DNA from: Podarcis pityusensis | Lineage: Eukaryota | Length of the DNA: 64,000 bases | Reading direction: 5' to 3' (one strand) | Assembly: GCA_964106645.2 (NCBI GenBank) | Contig: OZ067040.1 | Shown here: positions 11,330-23,653 of the stretch, one piece after another | How positions within the stretch are numbered: position 1 is the first letter of the stretch | Layout: every line of letters begins with the position of its first letter | The notes under the pieces: generated by a model | What the model saw: the letters and a program-made list of their open reading frames with translations, nothing else | Database searches by the model: none | Told to the model about the DNA's origin: nothing | Program-made: the position numbers and the translations under genes

Positions 11330-14038
11330 TATTTATGTATTGCTTGTCACTCACCACAAGCAACAAACCTCCAGAATGTAAAACAAACATTCAAGCATGC
11401 AAATATCAGCAAAATGCAAGCAATTCAAAACAGCACAGGCGATAAAAAGCAAACAAAATCCCACAACACCTGTATAATCCTAAAAATCTAAGACCCCCAA
11501 TGGAAGCTAAAGCTAACTGCCATCAGATTTAACAAAGACTAATATTAAATTGTCAACATAACAACATAACATAACATACTTGCATCCAGTCCAGGGCTCA
11601 GTTTTTAGTTTCTTAGCCACAGTGTTGCCCTTGTAGGGAGGAGGATGTGAACAAAACTAGAATGAGTTGGCTCTGGCTGTCTTTGGCTCCAGCTCCCCTA
11701 AGTGTTGGGTCACCCTGCCCTCTGCCAGTCCCAAATGGCACCAACTACCACTGCCATTTTGTGTTAGGCCACACTTTCCACAACAGCCATATTGTGTTAG
11801 GCCTCACCCCCATAACAGCCATTTTGTGGCTGGTGCCCACGGCACTTTTTCAAAATTATATATGGGCCCACTGCCCCCAAAAGCAGTAGCGATGCATGTT
11901 CTCACATAGTAATTAGAATATTTTCCCCTAATTATTAGAATAAACTTCCCTGGGGAGGAGCTGGAAAAGCAGGTTACTGTACTTGGAACAATAAAAACTC
12001 TCTCTACTTCAGCTTTGGCTGTTTGCCAACCCAGCCCTGCTTGTCTCTACTTTAACACGTCCATTCTTTCAGCATAGCAGACATCTTTTAGCTTCTTTGA
12101 CCGCTATGTCTTTCTGGAACTGTGATTGATTTGAAAAACAACCTGGAGGTTATTTGTATTCTAAAGCACTGTTAGGGATGCATACACAGGGCACCCAGTT
12201 CTGTCTTAGAAAAGAAATGAGCTAGACTTGTTATTCCCCTCTGAGTGCCTATAAAGGAATATATATCTTGATTTCATACATGTCCATACAGTGGAAAGCA
12301 AGTGCATTTTATTAATCATTTATAAAGTGCCTAAAATTTGACAGGCACCATACAGACGCCAGAAGCCCACACAAACCCTTCACTGTACTCTTTCTGGTGC
12401 CTATAAAACACATTTTTGTTTAACAAAACAAAACATGGAAAATGTGGATTTATGTTTTAATCTGCTTTTAGTTTATTGCTGGTTTTTTAAAATATAAAAA
12501 TGCTTTAAATAGTTGCTTTTAACAGTTTTACCTGATGATTTGGTTGTTTTATTGTCTTTGTAAACTGCTTTGAGGGTTTTTTTTTTTTAAAAAAACAACC
12601 ATCAAGCGGTGTAGATTTTATGAAATAAGTATGTAAGGCATGTTACTCATGCTAACTGAATAGCCAACAACATTGCCTTATCTCCCAGTAAACAAATCAG
12701 GAGGGGCTGCTCAATAAATGAGTTATCATATATTCTTTTTAAATTTTCTTTATTGAATTTATATCCCACCCTTGCTCCCTAAGGAGCCGAGGGTGGCAGA
12801 AAATATATATAAATATATGCATTAGGTGCACATTAATTTTTTTACCTCAGATTGCCTTTTACCATCTGCTCCCATGTTTTATGGCAGATGCCCCACACCG
12901 TCTGAGAGCAATCTGTGCTTCAAATCCTTTCCAAACTACCTTAACTTGTTATATTAATGGAGAGGGCTAATGGCACAGCTTCAGGCTGAAACAAATTACT
13001 CTCCAATATCTGTGTGTGTGCGCGCCTGCGCATACACAAACACACGCTGCTTCCCTCTTTTCTTCCTCCCCACAGGAGAGCAGGGAAGCAGGAAGAAGTT
13101 GGCTTCCTTACCCCTTTGATCCCACAGCAGCTGCTGAGGTAAAGGGAGGTCATGGAGTTTGCTGGAAGGAACATGAATCTGGCAGCGTTCTCCTCTCCTC
13201 ACGCCTGGCCAGCAACAACTCCTGCTTAGCCCCAGGTTGCTAGAAAAACGGTCTCTGCTTCCCCATCTTATTTAATTTCAGCGCTGCAAGCAAGAGGACA
13301 GTTATCACAGGAATGTGGCTCTCACACGAATTTCACAACAGGCATGTGGAACCTGTGGCCCTCCCGATGTTGCAGGACTCCTAGCTCCCATCACCCCCTG
13401 AACCAGTGTGGACAGTAGTTAGGGATGATGGGAACTGGACTCCCAACAGCCTAGGGAGGTCCACAATCTCCTCGCCCCTGGGTTGGACCAAAGATAGGTA
13501 AGAGTGGTCAAGTTTTTCACCTTCACATTTACTCTCACATCTTCCCTCAGTAGATCATTCCCTGAGCTGAAAGAAATAGGAGTCAGAAGCGGTGCATGCC
13601 TGCTCAGCTTATTAAAACGGGGAAAAGGCAATATTTCACCCCCCAGAAATAAAAAAAAAAGATAGACAAGTAAGAGAGGCTAATCCATCTGATGAAATTA
13701 GCAGGCAGAGTATGTAGCTGTTTGAAATGATGAACAAGGTTGAAATAGCTACACAGGCTTACATCCAGTGGGATAATTACTCCAAGCTCTCGGGTCACAT
13801 CGGGTGACGGTCCATTGCTCAGTAGCAGAGCACATGTGTTGCATGCAAAGGGGCTGATGTCCAATTTCTGTCTTCTCCAAGGATCAGGTAGGAGGCATAG
13901 ACAGGTTCCTGGGAGAACAGCGTGTAGATCTAGCTGGGACTCACCCTTTGGTCTGATCAAGCAGGCCTCTCCTCAGTAAAGGTCACCTTGCTTGTCAGAG
14001 TAGACAATATATGGACAAAATGGGCAAATAGTCTGAAA

Positions 14039-14420
14039 GGGACATGGGTGGCGCTGTGGTCTAAACCACTGAGCCTCTTGGGCTTGCTGATCAGAAGGTC
14101 GGTGGTTCAAATCCCCATGACGGGTTGAGCTCCTGTTGCTCTATTCCAGCTCTTGACAACCTAGCAGTTCAAAAGCACGCCAGTGCAAGTAGAGAAATAG
14201 GTTCTGCTGCAGCGGAGAGGAAAACAGAGTTTCCGTGTGCTCTGGTTTCCGTCATGGTGTTCTGTTGTGCCATAAGTGGTTTAGTCATGTTGTCCACATG
14301 ACCTGGAAAGCTGTCTGTGGACAGACACCAGCTCCCTCAGCCTGAAAGCGAGATGAGCGCTGCAACTCCATAGTCGCCTTTGACTGGACATAACCGTCCA
14401 GGGGTCCTTTACCTTTTACC
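14039..14420 (+). mobile_element. Sauria SINE
   Basis: tRNA-like head, ACCTTT tail, TSD TAGTCTGA. Confidence 0.9.
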
Positions 14421-14900
14421 TAGTCTGATTGGGTATTAAAGCAGCTTCCTATGTCCATCATTTTGGGGTTCCAACTGGATACCTGCAAAGCCCCCGCATT
14501 TTTAGTGGGGTAGCACTGTAGAAGGGTGTGTGTAAGAGTCACCACCATTAAAAAGACGAGGAGAAAGCATTATGAGAACTCAAGGACACATTCCAGCTAG
14601 GCCAATGCTCAAAAGGTCCACGATGCAAGCAGGGCCAGTGAGGGGAGTGGCCTGTAGGGTGTCTCAAGGGCCAGAAAGAGATGCCTCGAGGGCCACATTC
14701 CACTCCCAAGCATAACGTTTATCCCTCCTACGCTACAGTCTTCTACTAATTTGTTCTTCACGCATTCCTGTGAGGTAAATAGGACATCAACATTCCCCTT
14801 TTATATAGCCAGAACTAAGACGCAAAGAACTCCATGGAGAAAGGGAAGACATACAAATAAGATAAATGCCTATAAAAAAACCAATCAAGATAAATTAATT

Positions 14901-14977
14901 TTTATTGTTTTTTAAGCACAAAGAAAACGAAAGATGTTACATTTTTTTAAACACGCAATGGTTACGGTCCTTTTATT
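14901..14977 (-). terminator. Candidate TATDN3 poly(A) signals
   Basis: tttatt (AATAAA on -) at 14901-14906 and 14972-14977. Confidence 0.5.
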
Positions 14978-15154
14978 AGGAAAGTGCCAATGTCAAATTA
15001 AGGAGAGTTTGTACATAGCATCATTCTATATTTGGTTCAATTTACAGACACAATCAATAGGGAACATCATAACTTCTTAAAAATTGTGAAGTTATGAATA
15101 TATTGAAGCCAGTTCACACAAATATATTAAGGCACAGCAGAACATTAGTTATAT

Positions 15155-15292
15155 TCAGAGAAAGTTATTCAGTTTGGGAAACAGTTTCTGTGCATTCTGG
15201 GTTGTTATGCCTATAACTTCTTCCACTGAAATCCCTTTTATTTTAGCAATGTATTCTGCAGCAATGAAGATGTTCTTTGGTTCATTTCTCAC
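15155..15292 (-). CDS. TATDN3: TATDN3 exon 10 (VRNEPKNI...[16 protein letters not shown])
   Basis: RNEP and TTxNA motifs, TGA stop; summed CDS 804 nt = 267 aa. Confidence 0.95.
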   Translation of the reverse strand: MRNEPKNIFIAAEYIAKIKGISVEEVIGITTQNAQKLFPKLNNFL

Positions 15293-15369
15293 CTGAAATA
15301 CAAATAAGTGACATTGGTCTCCAGTGACATCTATGGCCAACTCAGTTTCTGTTTAGGTTCAAATCCTCG

Positions 15370-15610
15370 TACAATCGTAGAGTTGGAAGGGATAATAATA
15401 ATAATAATAATAATTTATTATTTATACCCCACCCATCTAGCTGAGTTTCCCCAGCCACTCTGGGCGGCTCCCAATTGAGTATTAAAAACAATACAGCATT
15501 AAAGGGGCATCTAGACCAACCCCTGAAATGCAGAAATCTTTTGCCCTACGTGGGGCTTGAACCCATGACTCTGATATTAAGAGTCCCATGCTCTACCGAC
15601 TGGGCTACCT
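15370..15610 (-). mobile_element. tRNA-Lys(CTT)-derived SINE with CR1-type tail, split by an L2-type 3' fragment (15393-15502)
   Basis: Minus strand reads TAGCCCAGTCGGTAGAGCATGGGACTCTTAAT...; tail CTTCCAACTCTACGATT. Confidence 0.75.
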
Positions 15611-16003
15611 TGTTGTGCTCTGGCTCTTATTAACGGCACCATTCTTTTTATCCACCTTTGAAACTGACCCTTTTATGATATTCATGACTGAGCCCTTTAC
15701 AGAGGTTGAGGCCCAGTAGGTCAGCCTATTGCACTCAAGCCTCCATTTACTCTACCCAGCCCTTTCCCAACACTGTCAAGACCTCTTGAGATCTCCTCCC
15801 AGCTGTAGTTGTTTTGCCACACCATCACTTGGCATCTCAAGCCACTTATTCCCAAACAGGATTGTGCTCATAAACTGTGTTGCAAAAGTTGGCTGGCCAT
15901 CTGTCATGGGTGCTTAGCTGAGATTCCTGCGTTCTGGGGCTGAACTAGATGACCCTCAGGGTCCCTTCCAACTCTACAATTCTACGATTCTATGATACTT
16001 TAC

Positions 16004-16084
16004 CTGTTTCTCAGGGCCGAGCGCAGGAGAGTCAGTTTCTAAGCAAATGTTTTCTAGGGGCAACTGTTTCACAAGTTTCTGCTT
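16004..16084 (-). CDS. TATDN3: TATDN3 exon 9 ([27 protein letters not shown])
   Basis: 81 nt, ETDSP motif; tandem NAG acceptors make the 5' edge uncertain by 3-6 nt. Confidence 0.92.
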
Positions 16085-16500
16085 CTTGAATAAAATAAGG
16101 AAACCAATTAGCATCATCATTCTCTAAGCAGCCAAAATAAACATTTTAAAAGCTGAACTGTCCACAGATTAAATAAGTGTTTAGTTTACCCAAATAATTA
16201 AATATTAATACTGCCAAAGCTTGAATACAAATGCTTTTTCTGAGGACAGTGGGGAAAAAATTGTTTATTAAATTGTATATTGCCAATAATTGGAAGCAGT
16301 TGTTAATGTCTTCTTTTCCATTCCTTATTTCAGTGGCAGGAGAACCAAAATAGCTTCAAAAGTAAGTGTCCTCATCTCCTACAGGTTAAAGAAATCAATC
16401 AGCTAAAGCAGAGGTGGAAAATCCTTCTGGCTCCATGCACCAGATTTGAGATATGAACAAAGAACCTTATAGCCAGAAGCCAGGACTTCTTGACTCTCAC

Positions 16501-16613
16501 CTGTTCACTCCTTATAATAGACGGAGGAATGGAGAAAAAATACCCAGCCTTCACCCCTTCCATTGCCACTGACGGCTTGCCATCAAACGCATGGAGCAGC
16601 ACCCTTTCAGCAC
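16501..16613 (-). CDS. TATDN3: TATDN3 exon 8 ([19 protein letters not shown]...IIRSEQ)
   Basis: 113 nt, LLHAF motif. Confidence 0.95.
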
Positions 16614-17041
16614 CTAAGGAGAACGACAGAAATCAGGAAAAGAACTTTTGCTTCCTGTAGAAACATCAAAGCGCAGACCAGGCAGGGAATGTGATCCAAA
16701 GTTCCACAGGGCTATAGAAAAAGCTAGAGGCGCACTTGTGGAATGCGTCTCTATGAATGGGTTTATATCCCTTTACAATATAGTAATGTTATATTTGGCT
16801 GTGTGATCTCCTGACTTGCCTGGCATGACTCTGACCCAAACCCCAAAATGCAGCCAGCTGACTGCTGGCAGGCCCAGCTGCACGGGCTGCCAGTACGTTT
16901 TTGCAGAACAGGTGTTGATCTGCAAAGCCCTGTACGGCCTAGGACTCCGATATCTTTCAGGGCATCGCCCCCAATATAAACCTACCCAAACCCTTCTATC
17001 TTCATCTGAGGCCCTCCTCTAGGTGCCCCTTCAGAGGGTGG

Positions 17042-17503
17042 TGTGGCATTCGTACAGAGCCCCCGGTCGTCTCACGGACTATTGACCCATACACCACTAA
17101 TCTGCTGCCACCAACCAGGTCCTCCCCGGTAAATCACTTAGTCTCAGTCAGGTTATTAAGTTAACAATGAAGATTGTAGTTTATTGCAAACACAAATAAA
17201 CTTTAAATGCATTCGAAACTCTGTTACCCTTTATCCTATTAGTCTTATTTTATTCTGTCTCTAACTCTTCTACCTCCCCTCACACAAGAACCAACTGCAC
17301 TAACTGTCTCTCTATTTCCATCTGTCTGCCAACTGCTTTCCCAACTGCCTTTTCCCAACCAACCAACTAACCAACTGTCTAAACCTTGGGCTAAGCCGTT
17401 TTATAAACAGGTAGGCTCCGCCTCTGGCTTTTCTATTGGTCTACCTATTAACTCTTTCTCTCCCCCTGTACAGACATTTTCAAAAGAACAGGCAAACGCC
17501 ACA
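17042..17503 (-). mobile_element. Solo LTR inserted in an old L2 fragment
   Basis: TGTGGC...GCCACA termini; 5-bp TSD GGTGG; CCAAT, TATA and AATAAA in order on the - strand. Confidence 0.8.
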
Positions 17504-18047
17504 GGTGGCAATAAGAGAGAGGGCACTTTTAGTTGTGGCTCTCAGCTTGTGGAATGCTTTCGAGGTCTGCCTGCCAACACCATTAGCACCCTTTCGGCCT
17601 GTGGTAAAAATGTATATCCTCTCCGAGGCATTTGACCGACTGTGTCCTGCTGCTTATTGATGAAATGTCTGCTAATGATGTTTCTGCTATTTGCTGGGTT
17701 GCTTTATGGGTCACTGTGATGGCTTTATTGCATTTCCCCCTGGTTTTATGCTATGTCTTCATCTCTTAAGCCTTTGCCAGTTACTTACAGACCTTTTTGG
17801 AGTAAGCAACTAGTAAGTCAAATAATAGTATTAACAACAACAACAACAATAATAATAATACCATCATCTAAAGATAACTTCCTTCTAAAATATAGTGCCC
17901 AGGGCCTTCAAAAACCTATGCTTGTGCCTCTGATTGAGAAGACTCTGGATCTTATGCCAAAACAGATGTGTAATATTGGCTGAGCCTGAATAGCTCAGTT
18001 GGTTACAGCGTGGTGCTGATAACGTCAAGGTTGCAGGTTTGATCCCT

Positions 18048-18981
18048 AGAATCATAGAATCATAGAGTTGGAAGAGACCACAAGGGCCATCGAGTCCAAC
18101 CCCCTGCCAAGCAGGAAACACCATCAGAGCACTCCTGACATATGGTTGTCAAGCCTCTGCTTAAAGACCTCCAAAGAAGGAGACTCCACCACATTCCTTG
18201 GCAGCAAATTCCACTGTCAAACAGCTCTTACTGTCAGGAAGTTCTTCCTAATGTTTAGGTGGAATCTTCTTTCTTGTAGTTTGGATCCATTGCTCCGTGT
18301 CCGCTTCTCTGGAGCAGCAGAAAACAATCTTTCTCCCTCCTCTATGTGACATCCTTTTATATATTTGAACATGGCTATCATATCACCCCTTAACCTCCTC
18401 TTCTCCAGGCTAAACATGCCCAGCTCCCTTAGCCGTTCCTCATAAGGCATCGTTTCCAGGCCTTTGACCATTTTGGTTGCCCTCCTCTGGACACGTTCCA
18501 GATTGTCAGTGTCCTTCTTGAACTGTGGTGCCCAGAACTGGACACAGTACTCCAGGTGAGGTCTGACCAGAGCAGAATACAGTGGCACTATTACTTCCCT
18601 TGATCTAGATGCTATACTCCTATTGATGCAGCCCAGAATTGCATTGGCTTTTTTAGCTGCCGCGTCACACTGTTGGCTCATGTCAAGTTTGTGGTCAACC
18701 AAGACTCCTAGATCCTTTTCCCATGTACTGCTCTCAAGCCAGGTGTCACCCATCTTGTATTTGTGCCTCTCATTTTTTTTGCCCAAGTGCAATACTTTAC
18801 ATTTCTCCCTGTTAAAATTCATCTTGTTTGTTTTGGCCCAGTTCTCTAATCTGTCAAGGTCGTTTTGAAGTGTGATCCTGTCCTCTGGGGTGTTAGCCAC
18901 CCCTCCCAGTTTGGTGTCATCTGCAAATTTGATCAGGATGCCCTTGAGTCCATCATCCAAGTCGTTGATAAAGATGTTGAA
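18048..18981 (-). mobile_element. 5'-truncated CR1 LINE (RT C-terminal region, open frame)
   Basis: ORF with FADD, LGCINRS and [19 protein letters not shown]; (TTCTATGA)n tail; possible TSD ATCCCT. Confidence 0.95.
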
Positions 18982-19186
18982 TGCATCCCTGTATGGGACA
19001 TCTGCATAGTCATGCATGGACTTCCAACTCTACAATTCTATGATCCTATTTCAGGTCTGCTTCTTGTTTCTGGTCTAACATCCAAAGGGGAAAAACCTGA
19101 CTGTCCCCCACAGTGAATAGGCCCTGTGTATTTTGGCAAGAAAACTAAACAAACCGAATGAATGTAAATAAAACAAAACATTATAC

Positions 19187-19242
19187 CTTGTTCCTTTAAG
19201 AGGTTAATGGTTGGCCTTCCAGCTGAGCGGGAATGGACATTT
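19187..19242 (-). CDS. TATDN3: TATDN3 exon 7 (NVHSRSAGRPTINLLKEQ)
   Basis: 56 nt, HSR motif. Confidence 0.95.
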
Positions 19243-19776
19243 CTAGGATAAACAAGAAGAACAAAAGATATCAGCAGGAGTTGTTAGCAAAAGTGTGGGC
19301 TGGGTTTTCATGGCCGGATAAACCACTTCCCTGGGTGGAGTTTTAGCATTTTTTATGCGATTAAGCGTGAATCAAGTTACATTTTTTAACTCTGTTTTTA
19401 TCTACCCCAAGCCTTCAGAACAGGACTATTAAAATTATGTAAACAAATAAATTGCACTTTGATGGTCCACTGAATTGCTGCTTAAAGCAAAATAGGTAGG
19501 AAGAGTTCTTGCAGAGTGCCTGGAAACATCTCAAAAGAACTATGCAAAGATTATACAACAACACAGCCTGTAACCCTGAAAATACAGCAAAATCACTTCC
19601 TCTATTAATACGAGGAATAGATAATACAATAAACTGCAGTAATAATTTTAATTAGACCACTGCATTTTAGACAATGCTCTGGTTTAATTAGCAACTGAAT
19701 TCCAATCACGTCAAATGACGTTTTCATTCACAAAAATAAAACTAATTGTCTCTCTTGCAACATACACAAGACCTAC

Positions 19777-19886
19777 AAAGGCAAATTTAGTTGTTTTGCC
19801 AGCTGAATCTGCTTGATCAAGACTTGTCTTTGCCCTTCCTTCTGCTCATCAATGCTTGCAAATCTGGGAGTGAAATCCAGACCAAC
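19777..19886 (-). CDS. TATDN3: TATDN3 exon 6 (VGLDFTPRF...LAKQLNLP)
   Basis: 110 nt, completes the GEVGLD motif. Confidence 0.95.
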
Positions 19887-20405
19887 CTGCAGGAAAAATG
19901 GGAGGCGGGAATTCAAAAACACTGCTAGAAATTGTTGTTTTACTTTGTCTATCAGCACAAAATGCACTCAGCTAGGAGCAATAATAAAAGCAAACTCGAT
20001 CCCAAAGTCTCCTAAAGCAGTTTACACTTAACAAGTAATGTATTCTTGAAGACCTGCTATTTTTGTGAAACACCCAAGGTCCTTAATCAAGCATTTAATC
20101 AGCAGTCCAATATATTGACTGTTGTGAAAAAAGCCAAGAACTTGCTTAAAGTTTAAAGGGCTATTTCTGACATGACACAATTTCTACATCAAAAATATTT
20201 CCCTTGTATGAAAAACTGTGCCACTCACATGCAGATCATCACATGTGACAACTGCATATATGGGTGGTATAAGAAACAACATGTATAACATATGTTAAAA
20301 ATATTTATTTTCATTATTTATATCCTTATATGAAACATAATTATATAGGATGGACACAGATATACATTATTTCAGTGTGTGCACACTTCCTGGAACACTA
20401 TAGCT

Positions 20406-20541
20406 CAGGCTTCCTCAACCTTAGCCCTCCAGATGTTTTGAGACTACAATTCCCATCATCCCTGACCACTGGTCCTGCTAGCTAGGGGTCATGGGAATTG
20501 TAGGCCAAAAACATCCAGAGGGCCGAGGATGAGGAAGCCTG
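20406..20541. mobile_element. Palindromic hAT MITE (URR1-like)
   Basis: TIR CAGGCTTCCTCA; TSD CTATAGCT/CTATAGCC. Confidence 0.85.
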
Positions 20542-20940
20542 CTATAGCCCATCACAGCTTCCCAGAACATGTTCTATACTCAACAAATTACATGTGGGGT
20601 TTTTCGTCATGCAAATATCTACACAACAAGCATTTCACATTGTTTTGTGAACCGCCAACACAATCCTCTAAGTGCCTAATTAGAAATAAGTCCCACTGAG
20701 TTCAATTGGATTTACTCCCAGTTTACATGTGCATAGGAGTGTAGCCTAAGGTTGAAGTCCTATGCACACTTACCTGAGAATAAGCCGTACTGAGCATAGC
20801 GGGACTTACTTTTGGGTAAACATGCAGAGGATTGTGCTGTGTAGCTGTAATCCTAGGGACCTGCAAGTAAAAACATTTAGGATTGTGCTGCCCAGTGCTT
20901 TTGGCAGCTGATTACCAAAGGCTATAAAGATTCTACTTAC

Positions 20941-21003
20941 TTCTCCGATAGCCAACAAGCGGTCCTTATAGAGTTCTATGAGTGGCAATGCTTCGTCCAG
21001 ATC
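20941..21003 (-). CDS. TATDN3: TATDN3 exon 5 (DLDEALPLIELYKDRLLAIGE)
   Basis: 63 nt, AIGE motif, GTAAGT donor. Confidence 0.95.
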
Positions 21004-21791
21004 CTGCACAAAGATCTTGTGTAAGTGTGAAATGAACACTTAGGCCTCAAACAATTACAGTGGACTCAGATGTCTGCTTCACCTCCCACCACTGTTTCTC
21101 TCTCCTATTCCTATTTTATAACCCACTTTTCCACATACATTCCTGCAACTTGTGTACATTTAACTTGTGTGCATTCAGCTTTATATGTGTGGCAATTAAA
21201 TAATTTTTTTAAAGGGGACGGGGTTCTGGGGAAAATGACTTTGGCAATCCCACCCACCATTGAACCCAATGGGTTTTGGACCATTTGGGATTTAGGCATG
21301 ATCCCTGGAAGGTAACCCCCATGCAAGCTGTGGGCCTACAGTATTTAAGTAAGACACCACAGATGTTTTAACACATCTTTCTTGGATCATAGTTTTGTTC
21401 TTTGCTAATTGCAATTCTGTATTGCTAAAGCAATGCCATTTTGCTGTACGCAGTGCCTTTTCCTTGACCTGTTTAAGTTAGGTCTGCGACGTCAGCCTGG
21501 CAAACTCCGTAATCTGGGTTGTGGCATATAAATTCAAGGCAGGGATAGTCAACATGGCCCCCTCCGGTTGTTGTTGGACTCACAGCCCAAACAGCCAATG
21601 GTGAGGGATAATGGGATTTCAGCTGCACATTCCAAGCTAAACACATTGTAAGTTTACTTAAGAGCAGGGACAGCGAACCTGTACCCTACACCTACCCACA
21701 GATGTGGCTGCACTATAATGCTCAGCACCCTTGGCCACAGACTATGGTAGCTGAGGCTGTGGGGAGCTAGAGCCTAACTACACCTGAAAGA

Positions 21792-21989
21792 GTTACAGGT
21801 AGGTAGCCGTGTTGGTCTGCCATAGTCGAAACAAATTAAAAAGTTCCTTCCAGTAGCACTTTAGAGACCAACTAAGTTTGTTATTGGTATGAGCTTTCGT
21901 GTGGTATCTGAAGAAGTGTGCATGCACACAAAAGCTCATACCAAGAGTTGGTCTCTAAGGTGCTACTGGAAGGAATTTTTTAATTTTGT
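21792..21989. mobile_element. Short palindromic Penelope-like element (same family, opposite orientation), inserted in a hAT MITE
   Basis: Homologous to 41018-41236; direct repeat TACACCTGAAAGA (21779-21791 and 21990-22002). Confidence 0.75.
21902..21943 (+). ncRNA. Hammerhead ribozyme motif, probably inactive (GAAA->AAAA at 21930)
   Basis: UGGUAU-CUGAAGA-A-GUGUG(caug)CACAC-AAAA-GC-UC-AUACCA. Confidence 0.6.
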
Positions 21990-22698
21990 TACACCTGAAA
22001 GACTACAGATTCCCCATCCATGATTAAGAGGCAGGCTATGTGCACCGTTAATCACACTAGGATGCTTCAGATTGGTTACTTTTATTTTGAAGACACAGGT
22101 ACAGGCCCCCACCTGGAGCATGCTTCCTATCTGGACTGTACCCTACACTAGTTTCCTCGATGAAAATTATTATAGGGAACCTGTGCTCCCCTCTCCAGAT
22201 GCTGCTGAACTACACTCCATCACCTCTAGCCAGACTTTTGAAAAGCATGTCTTGTTTGCTCTCCAAGGTACTGTTGAAAATCACCTCTTGACAACACATC
22301 CCTGCTCTGAAGTAAGCTTGTCATGCATCTACCTTGGAATTATGTGAACCTCCTTTGATGAGAGCTAAGTTGTAGATCTTGCTTAGACGCAAGGATGGGA
22401 AGTTATTTTGCCTAGCACCAATTTTTATTTTCTTTCTGATACTCGGGGGTTGGACTCGATGGCCCTTGTGGTCTCTTCCAACTCTATGATTCTATGATTC
22501 TATGATACTCCTTTGAGGATACCTCTAGTTTGCTCTGGGAGAGCAGGAGACAGGGAAGAAGGGGCTCAGTATACAAAAATAGTGACCACTCTATTGCTGC
22601 AAGACCACATGCAATAGGAACAGATAAGTTTACCTGGCAAACTGAAAAACAGTACAGAAATTGTTAACTGCTACAATTGTAACTGGCTGCCATTTCAC

Positions 22699-22783
22699 CT
22701 TTAATGTAACACTGCGATCGTTTCCCGTTGGACTACTTTGAACTGGATGGATGCCCAGACATGGAAAGACAAATCCTGGGTAC
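22699..22783 (-). CDS. TATDN3: TATDN3 exon 4 (YPGFVFPCLGIHPVQ...RSVTLK)
   Basis: 85 nt, TatD GxHP motif. Confidence 0.95.
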
Positions 22784-23059
22784 CTGGATACAAACATGTG
22801 TTAAGTAATGGGAAAGGGCAGACATGTATTATGGTTAAATAAAAAAGAAAGAGGACTGAAAAGGTAACAGCTTTTGCTATTCCAATCAACACTACAACTA
22901 AGATTTTATTGCTCCTATTTTGATTGCTTATGAACAATAGCATTTTCAAATTTTGCACCCTGACCGTGAATGTCTCTTAAAGCACCATTGTTTTATTTAC
23001 TATAACATCTTTCACATAAAACAATACCGGAAGACGTTTATTTTATGAGATAGTGACAA

Positions 23060-23395
23060 GCTCTGAAGGAGTGTCTCCAACCCCATTGTTCAGCCCAGGC
23101 ACTGAGGTCCAGCTCCAAGGGCCTTCTGGCATTTCTTTCACTGTGAGAAGTGAAGTTGCAGGGAACCAGGCAGGTGGCCTTCTCGGTAGTGGCGCCCACC
23201 CTGTGGAACGCCCTCCCATCAGATGTCAAGGAAATAAACAACTATCTGACTTTTAGAAGACATCAGAAGGCAGGCCTGTTTAGGGAAGTTTTTAATGGTT
23301 GATGTTTTACTATGTTTTTATATCTGTTGAAAGCTGCCCAGAGTGTCTGGAGAAACCCGGTCAGATGGGTGGGGTACAAATAATAAAATTATCAT
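23060..23395 (+). mobile_element. L2-type LINE 3' end
   Basis: Same family as 2985-3247, 25410-25530 and 37705-37920; ends in AATAATAAA/ATT tail. Confidence 0.75.
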
Positions 23396-23579
23396 CATCT
23401 CACAATGTAATTTTGACTTAAACCAAAAACAGTTACCATGCAGCATGACAGAACTGTCATATGAGAAGCAAAATCCAAAGTATCTGGATGTGCTGAACAA
23501 GTTGTTCATCTTTTTGGATTCTAGCCTGTAACTATTTTCTACCTTGTGAAACAGACTGAAGAACTAGAAACTTCGTTAC

Positions 23580-23653
23580 CTTTCTGAAAGTTGAATAATT
23601 TTTTCAAAATCTTCTGTGTATTCAGCAACTACCACCAGAGCCAAAACTTTACA
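23580..23653 (-). CDS. TATDN3: TATDN3 exon 3 (CKVLALVVVAEYTEDFEKIIQLSE)
   Basis: 74 nt, CAG/GT boundaries, homology to human. Confidence 0.94.

Noticed and set aside
18217-19017. 266-aa reverse-transcriptase ORF as a host gene
   Set aside because: It is a 5'-truncated CR1 copy; the ORF start comes from flanking SINE sequence.
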